Program-made: the position numbers and the translations under genes
The notes under the pieces: model-generated
Database searches by the model: none
What the model was told of the DNA's origin: nothing
Seen by the model: only the letters and a program-made list of their open reading frames with translations
Origin: Octopus bimaculoides
Taxonomy: Eukaryota
Reading direction: 5' to 3'
DNA: 39,632 nt
Assembly: GCF_001194135.2 (NCBI RefSeq)
Contig: NC_068986.1
Span: forward strand, 61,004,385 to 61,044,016
Shown: positions 12,574 through 24,259 of the stretch, one piece after another
Position numbering within the stretch: position 1 is the stretch's first letter
How the letters are laid out: each line of letters opens with the position of its first letter

Positions 12574-14294
12574 TTTCATATACACTCAACAGATTAGACT
12601 GTTAGAAAAGAAAAGAATCCTAACATTAGGCTACATCAAGTAGCCTTAGATGCCAAGAACTCTCCTAAGTATTCTAGCTGTCCCTAATAAAAATGTTTTC
12701 TGGAGTTGTACTAAACTGAGTTTTATATCTCTTTCCTCTATCCATCTGTTCATACCTTTAGGGATACTTTCAAATGCACCTGTAACTACTGGGATACATT
12801 TTACATGCACTTTCCATAGTCTCTGTAATTCAATAGCTAGGTCCTGGTACTTTGCTATTTTTTCTATGTCTCTCATATTAATTCTTTCATTTTTTGGGAC
12901 TGTAAAGTCAATTATCTGGCACTTTCTATCCTCTTTACCTACTACTACCAAATCAGGCCTTCTAGCTTCTATTACTCTGTCAGTCTAAATGTTAAAGTCC
13001 CACAACATCTTGTATTTCTTACTTTTAGTACTTTACTAGGTTCATGTTCATGCCATTTATCAGTATGTTTAAATCCTAGCTTTCTACACAGCTCCCAGTG
13101 GATTGTCTCCCTAGATTGTCATGTCTTTTCTTGTATTCTTTCTGTGCCAGCATATAACATTCACTTACTATATGAGTAACGCTTTCCTCTTTTGATTTGC
13201 ATAATCTACATTGGGAATGTACTGGGTTTTTGTCTACGTTGGCTTTTATCCAATCAGTCCTTAATGCTTAATCTTGTGCAGCTACCAACAAACTTTCTGT
13301 CTTCCTCTTCAGCTTTCCTTCTGCAACTATAACCATATCTCATTACTACTGTTTGCTGCAAGTGTCTTTGGGAATCTACCATGCAATGCCTTCTTCTGCC
13401 AGTCAGATAGTTTCTGTTTTTTTTCTGGTTTTTAACTTTGTTTGGATTTTTGGTTTCCATATGTCTTGCTGTAACTCTAACAGCTTTTAATAAACTATCT
13501 TCACTATTATCTACATAGGAGTCTATATCTACTCTAGCTAATTCCACATAGTCTTCTACTGATATTAACCCTCTTCTGCCTTCCTTTCTAGGTAGGTATA
13601 ATCTTGCTACTCCTGCCCTTGGGTGGAGTCCTCCATTCAAACTGAATTCCTTCTGCTGAGTATCGAAGTAATAATAATCTCCAAGTATTTACAGCCTTCA
13701 CTAAATTCAGACCATTTCACTTTGACTTTATTAGCTACCTCACCCTTCTGATGTACTCCTCTCAATTTTCATTTTCAATTCTGTAGTTAGTGCTCTGTCA
13801 AATTCTAATACTCTTAGATACTTATAACTCTCTCCTCCTTTCAATGATTTTAATGTCTGGCCATATGGTAATTGGATGCCTTCGCTGTTGACTACCTGTC
13901 CCCTTCTCATGACTAATATTGCACACTTACCAATATCAAATTCCATGTGTATATCTTTGCTGAAGAATCTTACAGTCTGTATTAAGGAATCTATCTCTTT
14001 TTCATTTTTATTAAAAAGCTTCAGATCATTCATGTAAAGCAAATGGTTAATTTTCCATTACTATTTTCTGAACTGATACCCTGCCTTTACCTTCCTTAAT
14101 ACTAAACTGAGGGGGATATCAAACATAAGATAAATATTAAAGTGACAACGAGTCCCCCTGGAAAATTCCTCTTTTGATATTAACTTTCCCTAAGAGTGTG
14201 TCACCTGAGTAGAGATCTACTTTCCATTTCTTCATGCTACAGCTAATTAATTCTCTAATGTTGTCTGCTATACTGAATATACTCAAACATTCAC
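12574..14294 (-). mobile_element. R4/Dong-type RLE element B: RT, CCHC finger and endonuclease remnants
   Basis: RGIFQGDSLS, INHLLYMNDLKLF, YKYL, GGLHPRAGVARLYLPRKEGRRGL, CRLCKSKEESVTHIVSEC, KYQDLAIELQRLW, LQKTFLLGTARILRRVLGI (ORFs 13740-14042, 13254-13640, 12646-12951). Confidence 0.92.
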
Positions 14295-14308
14295 ATTATT
14301 ATTATTAC

Positions 14309-14363
<55 letters not shown>

Positions 14364-14386
14364 ATCAACATTATTATTATTATTAT
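14295..14386. repeat. (TAA)n tract between RLE elements B and C
   Basis: Direct reading. Confidence 0.95.
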
Positions 14387-15310
14387 GTGATGAAAACTCA
14401 CAGCTTATTTTGTTGGGTATGATGGGAAGTGTCAGCTGTCCACAGCCAGCAGACTAAGGTGACACTTGTTTACTAGTCATGCTTCAAGAACCCTGCAAAG
14501 AATTCTTGAAGTTGCATGCAATGCTGATTTTTGTAGGTGTTCTACCTTCACACTTGTATCAGTCTCTTTGACCCATGTTGGTAGTTGAGTGCTGATTCTT
14601 CCAAGTGCACCAATTACTATTAGTATCATGTCTATTCTCCCTATTGACCACAACCTTTGTATTTCCCATTTCAAATTGTCATAGTTATTTGTTTTTTCTT
14701 CTACTTTCTTTTTGATCCTGTTGTCACCAGGCCATGCTATATTGATTAGCATGCATGTCCTTTCTTTTTTATTCACCAAAACAATGTCCGGTTTCTGATG
14801 TCTGGTCAGGTGATCACACTGAATCACTGTATCCCACAGGATTTTGCAATTCACATTTTCGGTGACTCCTTCTGGGGTTTGCTGATACTGTGTCTTTGCT
14901 CTTTGTAGGCTGTGATTTCCACAGAGCTTCCAATGGATCGTTTTTGCCACATTGTCATGTTGTCTCTTGTTGTGCCAGCTTCAGGCATTCGCTAATGATG
15001 TGCCATACTGTTTCACCTCTCTCACCATTCTGCATTTGTCGTTATCAGCAGTGTTGTCTATTCTGCACTTCACAGAGTTGATCCTTAATGCTTGTTCTCA
15101 AGCTGCACATATAGGTGCTTTTGTCTCTATCTTCAGGTCACTCCTCCTAATCCATAGCCACCAGTCTTCTATATCTAGCTTGACATTCATATCTCTTGCA
15201 AACTGTCTGTACATTTTTTCTTCCATGCTGTTTCTTTTTTTGTTCTTTGCCTCTTTAAATTTTTCTTCCATTATACAATCCTCAGTTTTGATGATGCCAG
15301 CCTTCTTCAC
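14387..15310 (-). mobile_element. R4/Dong-type RLE element C (5'-truncated)
   Basis: ORF 14477-14950: IHWKLC, KILWD, QKPDIV, NYDNLKWEIQRLW, VIGALG, LQKSALHATSRILCRVL. ORF 15098-15310: SDLKIETKAPICAA. Confidence 0.92.
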
Positions 15311-15399
15311 ATTATTATTATGTTGTTATTGTTGTTGTTATTATTATTGTTATTATAATTGTTATTATTATTATTATTATTGTTATTATTATTATTATT
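15311..15399. repeat. (TAA/CAA)n tract between RLE elements C and D
   Basis: Direct reading. Confidence 0.95.
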
Positions 15400-16246
15400 C
15401 AGTAGTTTTATTTTTATAACGTGCTTTCACTTCACTACCGAGCGCAGCTCTGTGCGCCTTGGGTATGTGCTGTGGTTTGCTGTGGTGCTCTTATGTTTAC
15501 TGTATTGAAAGTGTTTTGCGTAGAATGTGTGCAGTACCCAGTAGTGCAATTTTCTGTATGTTATATATATTTGTAAGTCCTGGTGTTTTTGTTATGTATT
15601 TGTCTGAATATTTTTTTATTATACCTAAGGCACCTACTATGATAGGAATTGTTTCTGTTTTTAGATTCCACATTCGAGTTATCTCTATTTCCAGGTCTTT
15701 GTATTTTGAAAGTTTTTCCATTNNNNNNNNNNNNNNNNNNNNNNNNNNNNNNNNNNNNNNNNNNNNNNNNNNNNNNNNNNNNNNNNNNNNNNNNNNNNNN
15801 NNNNNNNNNNNNNNNNNNNNNNNNNNNNNNNNNNNNNNNNNNNNNNNNNNNNNNNNNNNNNNNNNNNNNNNNNNNNNNNNNNNNNNNNNNNNNNNNNNNN
15901 NNNNNNNNNNNNNNNNNNNNNNNNNNNNNNNNNNNNNNNNNNAATGTTGGCATAGCTTCCAGTGTATATAGGTCCCAGCTCTGTCGTGTCTGTGAATATA
16001 TTCCTTCTTAGCCAGGACTGGGCAGCCAGAGATAATATGATTTATTGTTTCTTGTCGATCTCCACATATTCTACAGTTACTTGTTATATTTCTTTTCATT
16101 ATGTGTTTTTGGTAATTTCTGGTGGGGAGGCTTTGGTCTTGTGCAGCAATTAAAAATCCTTCAGTCTCTGCTTTGAGTCCTGAGCTTCTCAGCCATTGCT
16201 GGGATTTTTCTCTGTCTATTTCTTTCGCATTTAGTTTAGCCCAGTA
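15400..16246 (-). mobile_element. R4/Dong-type RLE element D (5'-truncated, best preserved)
   Basis: WLRSSGLKAETEGFLIAAQDQSLPTRNY, CRICGDRQETINHIISGC, RHDRAGTYIHWKLC, KYKDLEIEITRMW, IIVGALG, IQKIALLGTAHILRKTL. No stops in the visible part; gap at 15723-15942. Confidence 0.93.
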
Positions 16247-16260
16247 TTTATTATTTATTA

Positions 16261-16310
<50 letters not shown>

Positions 16311-16345
16311 CTTCATTATCATCATCATCATCATCATTATTTCTA
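16247..16345. repeat. (TAA)n/(TGA)n tract at the 5' side of RLE element D
   Basis: Direct reading. Confidence 0.95.
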
Positions 16346-16613
16346 TTAACTACTTTACTACAGTCTTTTTTGTTCTGGAATTCTTCAAGTGTTATGCACT
16401 GCTACACTGAGTTTTACCTGTTGGAGAAAGTCAATCAAATAGTGTTCCTAAATGCAATTGTGTAATGTCTATGCAGCAGAAACATGTGTCAGACACATTT
16501 AAACCAAATATGCTGTATAATTGACTATAGAAATAAAAAGTTACACAGATGTACAAATCTCAGTATTCATTGTAAATGTCATATGTGTGTGTGTGTGTGT
16601 GTGTGTGTGTATA

Positions 16614-18053
16614 GTACCATCTACTCTGGTCAGAGAGGTTGAGATAGCCCTGAAACTGATAAAAAAAGGTGAAACATCAGGCAAGGTTTAACATCCAAAA
16701 TACTGCAGGCCAGTGGAGAGCAGCTGTGGCAAATCCTGGCTATACATTTCAACTGCCACATAAGGGAAGAGTTTCTACCCTCTTAATGGAAAGAGTTGAA
16801 CACCATCCTGTTGTACAAAAAGCGCAATTGGAAAGATCTCAGGAACTATTGTCTTATATGCTTCATGTTTCATAATATACAGGCTGTTTACAAAGATAAT
16901 TGTATGCTTGATGAACAACAGCCAAGAGAACAGACAGGCTTTAGAAAGAACTTCAGCATGATGGATCACATATTCACTCTAATGCAGTTGTTGGAGCAAA
17001 TGAAAGAGTACCAGTTGCCTCTGTACATCACATTCATTGACAACAAAAATGCCTTCAACTGTATCAAGATCAATGCAGTGCTACAATCTCTTGAGGAACA
17101 AGGCGTTGTGGCACAGTACATGAACCTCCTTAGGGAGGCAAATTCGGGATGCACTAAGGATATGGTCTTGTTATCATCACCTGTGCATGTCTCTGTTGAG
17201 AAGAGAGTCAAACAAGGAGATGCCATCTCTCTGAAGCTCTTCATGGCATGTCTCAAAATGGTCATCAGAGACATTAACTGGGACAGTGGCATGAAAATTA
17301 ACAGTGAGCTGCTCACCCACCTCTAGTTTGCAGATGACATAACACTCATTGCAGAAAATACTGGGCAGTTACAGACCATGCTGGAGGAGGATCAATTGTG
17401 CAAAAACAAAGTATATTCAACACCTAGTCAAGTTGTGGTTGGAGGTAATGAAATTGAGGAGGTAGAAAGTTATGTTTACCTTAGGCCAAGCTATAACTAT
17501 GGGACGCAACATGAATAATTGGTTTTTGCAGAGAATAAGATCAAGCTGGAGAGTGTCTAACTCAGTGAAGAGTGTGATGAAATCAAAGCTCAACAATGTC
17601 ACTTGCAAAAACCTCTTTAACAGCACAGTTCTACTTACAGGGCTCTATACAAGTGAAATGTGGGTGGCAACAAAAAAGGAGAAACAGCAGTTAATAACAG
17701 CACAAAGAGCCATGGAAAGGTCAATGTTTGAAATTTCCTTGAGAGATCACATCTGAAATGAGAAGATCAGGGAAAGAACCAGAGTAAAGGACGTTATCGC
17801 TGAATAACATTTGAACAAACTCAGATGGGCCAGACATGCTGCATAATGGTAATCGGTGGACCCATCAGTTAGTTGTTGAGCAGTACCTGCATGAGCAGAA
17901 ACAATCACTCAGAAGGCCTCCACTTAGATGGATTGACAATATAAAGAGAATAATGAAACTGCAATAGAGAAGGAGGACAAAATCAAGAAAGGAATAGATG
18001 AGATGCTGTAGCCAGTGGATTCAAAGTGACATCCGACAGTCTGACCAATCAAG

Positions 18054-18056
<3 letters not shown>
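16614..18056 (+). mobile_element. decayed RTE-clade LINE, RT to 3' end
   Basis: QPREQTGFRKNFSMMDHIFTL, YQLPLYITFIDNKNAFN, KQGDAISLKLF, LTHL-stop-FADDI, YVYLGQ, SEMW, AQRAMERSM. Sits between (GT)n and (AT)n at 18057-18109. Confidence 0.9.
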
Positions 18057-18113
<57 letters not shown>

Positions 18114-18130
18114 TATTTTATTCATTTCAA

Positions 18131-18498
18131 GTGTAGCTGTGGAATAAGAAGTTTGTTTCTCAACCACATGGTTCTAGGGAACCTGGGCAAGTGTCTTCTA
18201 TGATAACTCTGAGATAACCAAAGCCCTGTGAATGGATTTGGCAAATGGAAACTGAAAGAAACCTGCTGTATATATATGTGTGTTACTGCTTCTTTATCTT
18301 AACAGTGCATGATGATTTTAAACAAGTATCACCATCATACAAGTGGTGTACTTCATTTCTAATCTTCATGGGGAAATATTACCTTACTTAAAAACAAGTG
18401 AGGGCTGGCAGTAGAAAGTGCATCTGCCATAGAAAAATTAGTCTCAACAAATTCTGTCTGATCCAAGGAAAAGTGAATGTTAAGCTGATAATGATGAT
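18131..18498 (+). mobile_element. tRNA-derived SINE, tail type 2 ending in (TGA)n
   Basis: Same head and body as 47-220 but a different 3' half ending GGAAAAGTGAATGTTAAGCTGATAATGATGAT. Confidence 0.75.
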
Positions 18499-19330
18499 TC
18501 TTCCCTCACTGCTACTTCCCTACCCCCATTACTCTCTTATACACAAAGTTGGATGAATAAACTTTTATGAAAATACCACAGAATATTGAATATTAAATAT
18601 CCTGAAAGGATAAAGAGAGTGAATCTATGTATCCTTTCAGAATACTTTCCTTCAGTTCAATAATCTGCTGTTCTCACACATTCAGTTATCTGTATGAAAG
18701 AATAGACTTAAATAATAAACAAAACTCATTATTATAAAAGAAGATTAATGGAATGCATTATCAGGAATGGAATTTAGAAATGTATAAACTTAAATATAAA
18801 TTACAAGAAGAAACATTACAGTGTGCATGCAAATAGAAAGAAAGCTGATAATCTGATAATCTGATAAAACATATTTTCAGAGAGTTATGCTAAGCTGAGC
18901 ACAATAGTGTCATTCTTGTTTTACTTTATACTACATTTAAAATAATGTACAGAACCTGTCAAATACTTGATACTTCTGCAAGGTTCTGTGAAGATCAAAT
19001 AATTATTCTCTAATACAGACCAATGTAAAAAACTTCTCTTTCCTATTAATTTCTTCTTTCTCCTTAAATAATACAACTGAGTAAATTACAAATTCTGATA
19101 GGAAAGTGAAACTAAAATCTCCTAGTTCAAATTGATGCCAGGTAACTGTTCCAAGCAGCAAACTTGTGTTGTAATATACAAGTCTAATTTCAAAGTAAAA
19201 CAATATCCTGAAATAATAAGCAACTATGGTAGTTTAATGGAACATAAAATAGGAACTTGGTCAAGTATAACAAAGTAAATAGAAAATATGAATAAAAATA
19301 AAATACATGAGAAACATATCTAAATTAAAA

Positions 19331-20717
19331 AGAAAAGGCATAGGTAGAAACTCTATAAGATGTACCCAGTGTAAGCTATGGACACATAAGAGGTGCAGCA
19401 ATAGTTTTTGTATGTGGCAGATGCTCAGGAACAATAAACACTGAAAATGTACAGAAAACAACTTTTGCCACATTCCAGGGAGAAAAACTAGAAGTAGTTG
19501 ATAGCTTCCATTACCTAGGTGACCAAGTCAGTAGCGGGGGAGGGTGTGCTGAAAGTGTAGCNNNNNNNNNNAGTTGATAGCTTCCATTACCTAGGTGACC
19601 AAGTCAGTAGCGGGGGAGGGTGTGCTGAAAGTGTAGCTACTAGAATAAGAATAGCCTGGGCAATGTTCAGAGAGCTCTTACAAAGGGTCTCTCGCTCAGA
19701 GTAAAAGGCCGACTATGACGCATGTGTACGAACAGCCATGCTACATGGCAGTGAAACATGGGCCGTGACTGATGAGGACATGCGTAAGCGTGCAAGAAAT
19801 GAAGCCAGTATGATCCAATGGATGTGTAATGTCAGTGTGCATACTCAACAGAGTGTAAGTAACTTGAGAGAAAAGTTGGACCTAGGAAGCATCAGTTGTG
19901 GTGTGCAAGAGAGATGATTGTGCTGGTATGGTCATGTGGCGAGAATGGATGAGGATAGCTGTGTGAAAAAGTGCCACACCCTAGCGGTTGAGGGAACCTG
20001 TGGAAGAGGTAGACCCAGGAAAACCTGGGATGAGGTGGTGAAGCACGACCTTCGAACATTAGGCCTAACCAAGGCAATGACTAGTGACCAAGACCCTTGG
20101 AAATATGCTGTGCGTGGGAAGACCCAGCAAGCCAAGTGAGACCATAATCCATGGCCTCTGCCAGGGGTGTAGCCAGCCCACTTATGCGTACCTTTCCTTC
20201 ATACCTTTCTGCTTGCGAAGACCTGTTGAAGCAAGTGAAATCGAAATCAAACCAAATTCGACGACTGGCACTCATGCCAACCTTTCCTTCATTGGACACT
20301 AAACTCTGGTTGCAAAGACCTGTTGGGGCAAGTGAAATCGAAATCGTAATTGAACCAAATTCGATGACTGGCACCTGTGCCAGTGGAGCGCTAACAGCAC
20401 CATCTGAGCTTGATCATTGCCAGAGCAGCTGTCTGGCATCTGTGCCTGTGGCACATAAATAGTGCTATTTGAGTGTGATCGTTACCAGTGTCGCCTTACT
20501 GGTACTTGTGCCAGTGGCACGTGAAAAAACATTCGAGCAAGGTCATTGCCAGTGCTGCTGGACTGGCTCCTGTGCAGGTGACACAAAAAACACCATTTTG
20601 AGCGTGGTCATTACCAGTACCGCCTGACTGGCCATTGTGCCGGTGGCACATAAAAGCACCCACTACATGCTAGCATGGAAAGCGGATGTTAAATGATGAT
20701 GATGATGATGATGATGA
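19331..20717 (+). mobile_element. 5'-truncated RTE-clade LINE with long repetitive 3' UTR and (TGA)n tail
   Basis: RKGIGRNSIRCTQCKLWTHKRCS..FVCGRCSG, LEVVDSFHYLGD, RIAWAMFRELL, LHGSETW, WYGHVARM, GRGRPRKTWDEVV, stop at 20139. The UTR ends GGATGTTAAA(TGA)n. Confidence 0.92.
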
Positions 20718-20721
20718 CACA

Positions 20722-21545
20722 CATGTATACAAGAGCAAAATACTTTCATGTGCAAACACAAAGACATACAAGTAAAACATGTATACTTACCTACATTCAA
20801 AAATATATACATATATGCATACATAAGTATACATACACAGACACATAAAAAAAATACACACATTAATATATACATATGTACAAATACATACACATCACAC
20901 ATATACATATATATACACACATACATATGTAAACACGAACACAAGTGCATAAACATACCCACACACGCACACATACATACATACATGCACACTCAGGGAA
21001 TACATACATACACATAACCTAAGAGTGTAATAAGAGCTAATTAGAAAAAAACAACAAAAAGATAATCAGTAAGACTATCTAAGGTTAATGAAAAGAAATT
21101 TGGACATATATTTACAAGAGGAAACTCTTTCATCTTTCGAATTTAAGATAGAACCGTTCATTTTCATAATTATATAAGACTCTTCAAGGTATAAAAGGCA
21201 CATTCTATTTCTGCCACCTCTATAAGAGGGGGAGGAAGAAACAATATTCCAAGAAATTGAGAAATTTATATTGTCTCTTTTAAGTTGCCATACCTTTTTG
21301 GATAAACTAGTATTACTTTCTTTCCGAAGATCATTAAAAGATGATTTATGATTATTCAAACGTAATTTAAGAGAGGTCTGCATGCAACCTATATAATGAA
21401 ACCTAGAGAGATCATGTGTAATAGTAGCTTTATATACAACATTTTTCATTTTACAATTACCTTTAACCTCACAGGTGTTAGGGTTTCTACAGTCACAATT
21501 GTTACTAATATTAGGTGTACTATTGTTATGTGTATGTGTGTTGAT
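20722..21545 (-). mobile_element. inverted partial copy of the Penelope-like element (GIY-YIG C-terminus plus microsatellite-rich UTR)
   Basis: Reverse complement of about 24742-25550. ORF 21075-21449 is nearly identical to the C-terminal half of ORF 24472-25212. Confidence 0.93.
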
Positions 21546-22271
21546 TAATATGTATATTTATAACTCTTTATGTTTTTTTTCTACTAGTCCACCTGTTATG
21601 GTATATTCTACTATACACATGTGGCCCTGTTTATTATACTTTGTCTCGACCTGTCACCTTTTTTTAAAACATACCTGTTAGCTTTTCATTCTTATCTTTA
21701 TGTTATAGTTTACTGCACATATAGATGTGCATACACATTGATATGTCTGCCTCCCCGCCCTTTTGTCTCTCGTACTATTATTATTACTGTTATTTTTTCC
21801 CCTTTTAAAACTTGTTTGCAAATATCCGATTTTTTTTTATTACACCATTTGTATTCTCCTTTATTGTACCTTATTTTAATTTACTTTATTTTATTAAACC
21901 TTTCTTGATGTCCTTACAAAAATTTCCTCACACTGATGAAAATGACAATGCATAAATTTAATTATAATTACTATGGTTATAATTTTTTTCTTACATGTTT
22001 GTATTGTCCTTTGAAATGCATGTATGTATTGAATCCTATTTTGTATTAAATCTAATTTTGATTCAACATCTTTTTCTCCTCCATTTTTCTATAATTGTTT
22101 ATGGTATTTTTATACCCATAACGATATTTTTCAACTACTATTTTGATATTCTTATTACTTGCTCTTACTGTTTTTTATGGATGTGATGAATCTTTATTAG
22201 AAATTATTCTTCCTCTCTTTTTGGACCTCTAAAAAAGTTTGAATTGTTCTCTTTTGAACTTATTTTTTCCC
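21544..22271 (+). repeat. pseudo-LTR, copy 1
   Basis: Collinear with 26647-27373 over ~727 bp with scattered substitutions. Confidence 0.92.
21930..22027 (+). ncRNA. candidate type I hammerhead ribozyme with extended stem II
   Basis: ACA-CTGATGA(21933-39)-AAATGACAATGCA...TGTATTGTCCTTT-GAAA(22013-16)-TGCATG-TA-TGT. Inner AATTATAA/TTATAATT stem. Stem I is only 3 bp. Confidence 0.55.
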
Positions 22272-22336
22272 ACATATGAATTTGCTTATTATTATACTTC
22301 ATTCTAATAAGTCAATCTCTTATAAAATATTTAAAA

Positions 22337-24228
22337 ATGGAGAAGATTAATTTGGAGGTATCTCTTAAGGAGGTATCTCTTAAGGAGGTATCTCTTACCT
22401 ACATGTAAGGAATATATTAAAGATATTATGGATAAATTCCATGATCTCACAAAAAGAATCGGATGGAAAGCCTTCTTTTTTGACAAACACAATGGCACAG
22501 AGGAAATAAAATCGGATACCAACCACGAACTCTCAGATATTAGAAAGAATTTTAAATCCACAAGAACCCCACCTACAAATAAGATAATAGAAAATTTTGA
22601 AGATGATCTTTGGAACCTACTATGCAATATTAAGTTTAAGAAAAATATTCCAAGGAACAATCACCTATGATTTTTGAGGAATAAGGTCAACCAGTTTAGA
22701 CTAGCACAAGGTATTATTGTCCAATCAGATAAAACAGGAAAACTTTATAATGTTAATACTGATTTATACAATAAACTTCTACATAAAGAGATAACTAGCA
22801 AGTATAAAGTCGTTAACGAAGATGTTCTTAAAACCAACAACTTAATAGCTAAGAAGACAATGAGTGATTACAAAATCAATGACATCACTGAAATATACCA
22901 ACCTTCTAGACCCAGGATTACCCTGAAGGACCATAAACCAAATTTTCATTCAGATCCAAAAGTGTGGCTTATGTCAGACATTGGGAAACTTAGTAAACTT
23001 ATTCTGGATAAATACCTTTATGTCCTTAAATCTAAAATTAAATTCCAACTATGGTCAAACACACTGGGAACTATTAAATGCTTAAGTGACATGAAGAAAT
23101 CTAATTTCAATGCTTAAGTGACAAGAAGAAATCTAAATTCATCCAATTTGACATTGATAGTTATTATCAATCAATTAGTCCTATTCTACTTAATAAAGCT
23201 CTTATTTTCACAAAGAATAAGACTAATTTATCAATGAAAGAAATAAAAGTTATGCTTGAGGTGAGGAAGATCATAATTCATCATCAAGGAAAATTTTAGA
23301 CTGGAAAGAGACAAACCAGATTACTTTGTTATACCAATGGGCACGCAACATTCAGCCGAAGTCACAGACTTAGTTGGGATTTATTTACTACACCTACTCC
23401 ATAAAGAACTTCCAGAATTTGAAGATGGTCTCAACATGGATGATGCTCTGTTTGTAATTTGAAGTGCCTCCAACCGTAAAATCGAAATATATCAGAAGAG
23501 ATTGCATAAATTTTTCAAAAGCCATGGACTTACCATCACCATTGAGCAGGATCACACTTCTGTGAACTTCTTGGATGCTAACTTTAACTTCACTACTTCA
23601 GCTTACCAGCCATACCAAAAACCTAATAGCAATATTACTTATATACATGCGCAGAGCAATCATCCTTCTAATATTCTTGATAACATACCTTATAATATTG
23701 AAAACAGAATTAACTCATTATGCTCGAATGAAGAAATGTTTAATAAGCATAAAGACTATTACAATCTGGCTCTTAGAAATGCTGGTTATAAATATAAAAT
23801 TAAGTACAACAAATTTAACAATGATTTTTCCAATCATAACAACTGCTTTATGGATATAAATTCCAATAAACACACCACAATTTCTAAACACCATCATGAA
23901 TTGGAACATCCTGGCACACGACTTAACTCTATGAAGCATATTTGTAAAGATAACTACACCATAGAAAAGAAAAAAAATTTAACAACTATGGACCAAATAA
24001 CAAGACTTCTACCTACACCTAAATTTCTAATACGATAAACAATTGTAATGTCACTCGCAGTCATTATGAGAACAACATTAACATAGCCAGAAATAATAAC
24101 ACAAAACAAAATATTTTCACAAAAAAATCTTCTCTTAATTCTTCACATAATCTAAATCCCCCACACAACTACATAACCAATTCTAATGATGTCTCATATT
24201 TTCTTAATAATAATAATAATAATAATAA

Positions 24229-24259
<31 letters not shown>

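Noticed and set aside
12650-16153. Plus-strand ORFs over the RLE stack (12650, 14234, 14890, 14952, 15459, 15649, 15962)
   Set aside because: Antisense shadows of retroelement ORFs or poly-Tyr from (TAT)n.
19496-19637. ~65-bp direct duplication in the RTE
   Set aside because: Identical copies either side of the 10-N gap at 19562-19571; an assembly artefact.
20140-20660. RTE UTR repeats as a CRISPR-like array
   Set aside because: Eukaryotic retroelement context, degenerate repeats, no unique constant-length spacers and no cas genes.
22354-23140. 15-bp triplication (22354-22397) and 32-bp duplication (23077-23140) in the PLE ORF
   Set aside because: Real, but ordinary slippage lesions that accompany or cause frame disruption in a dead copy.
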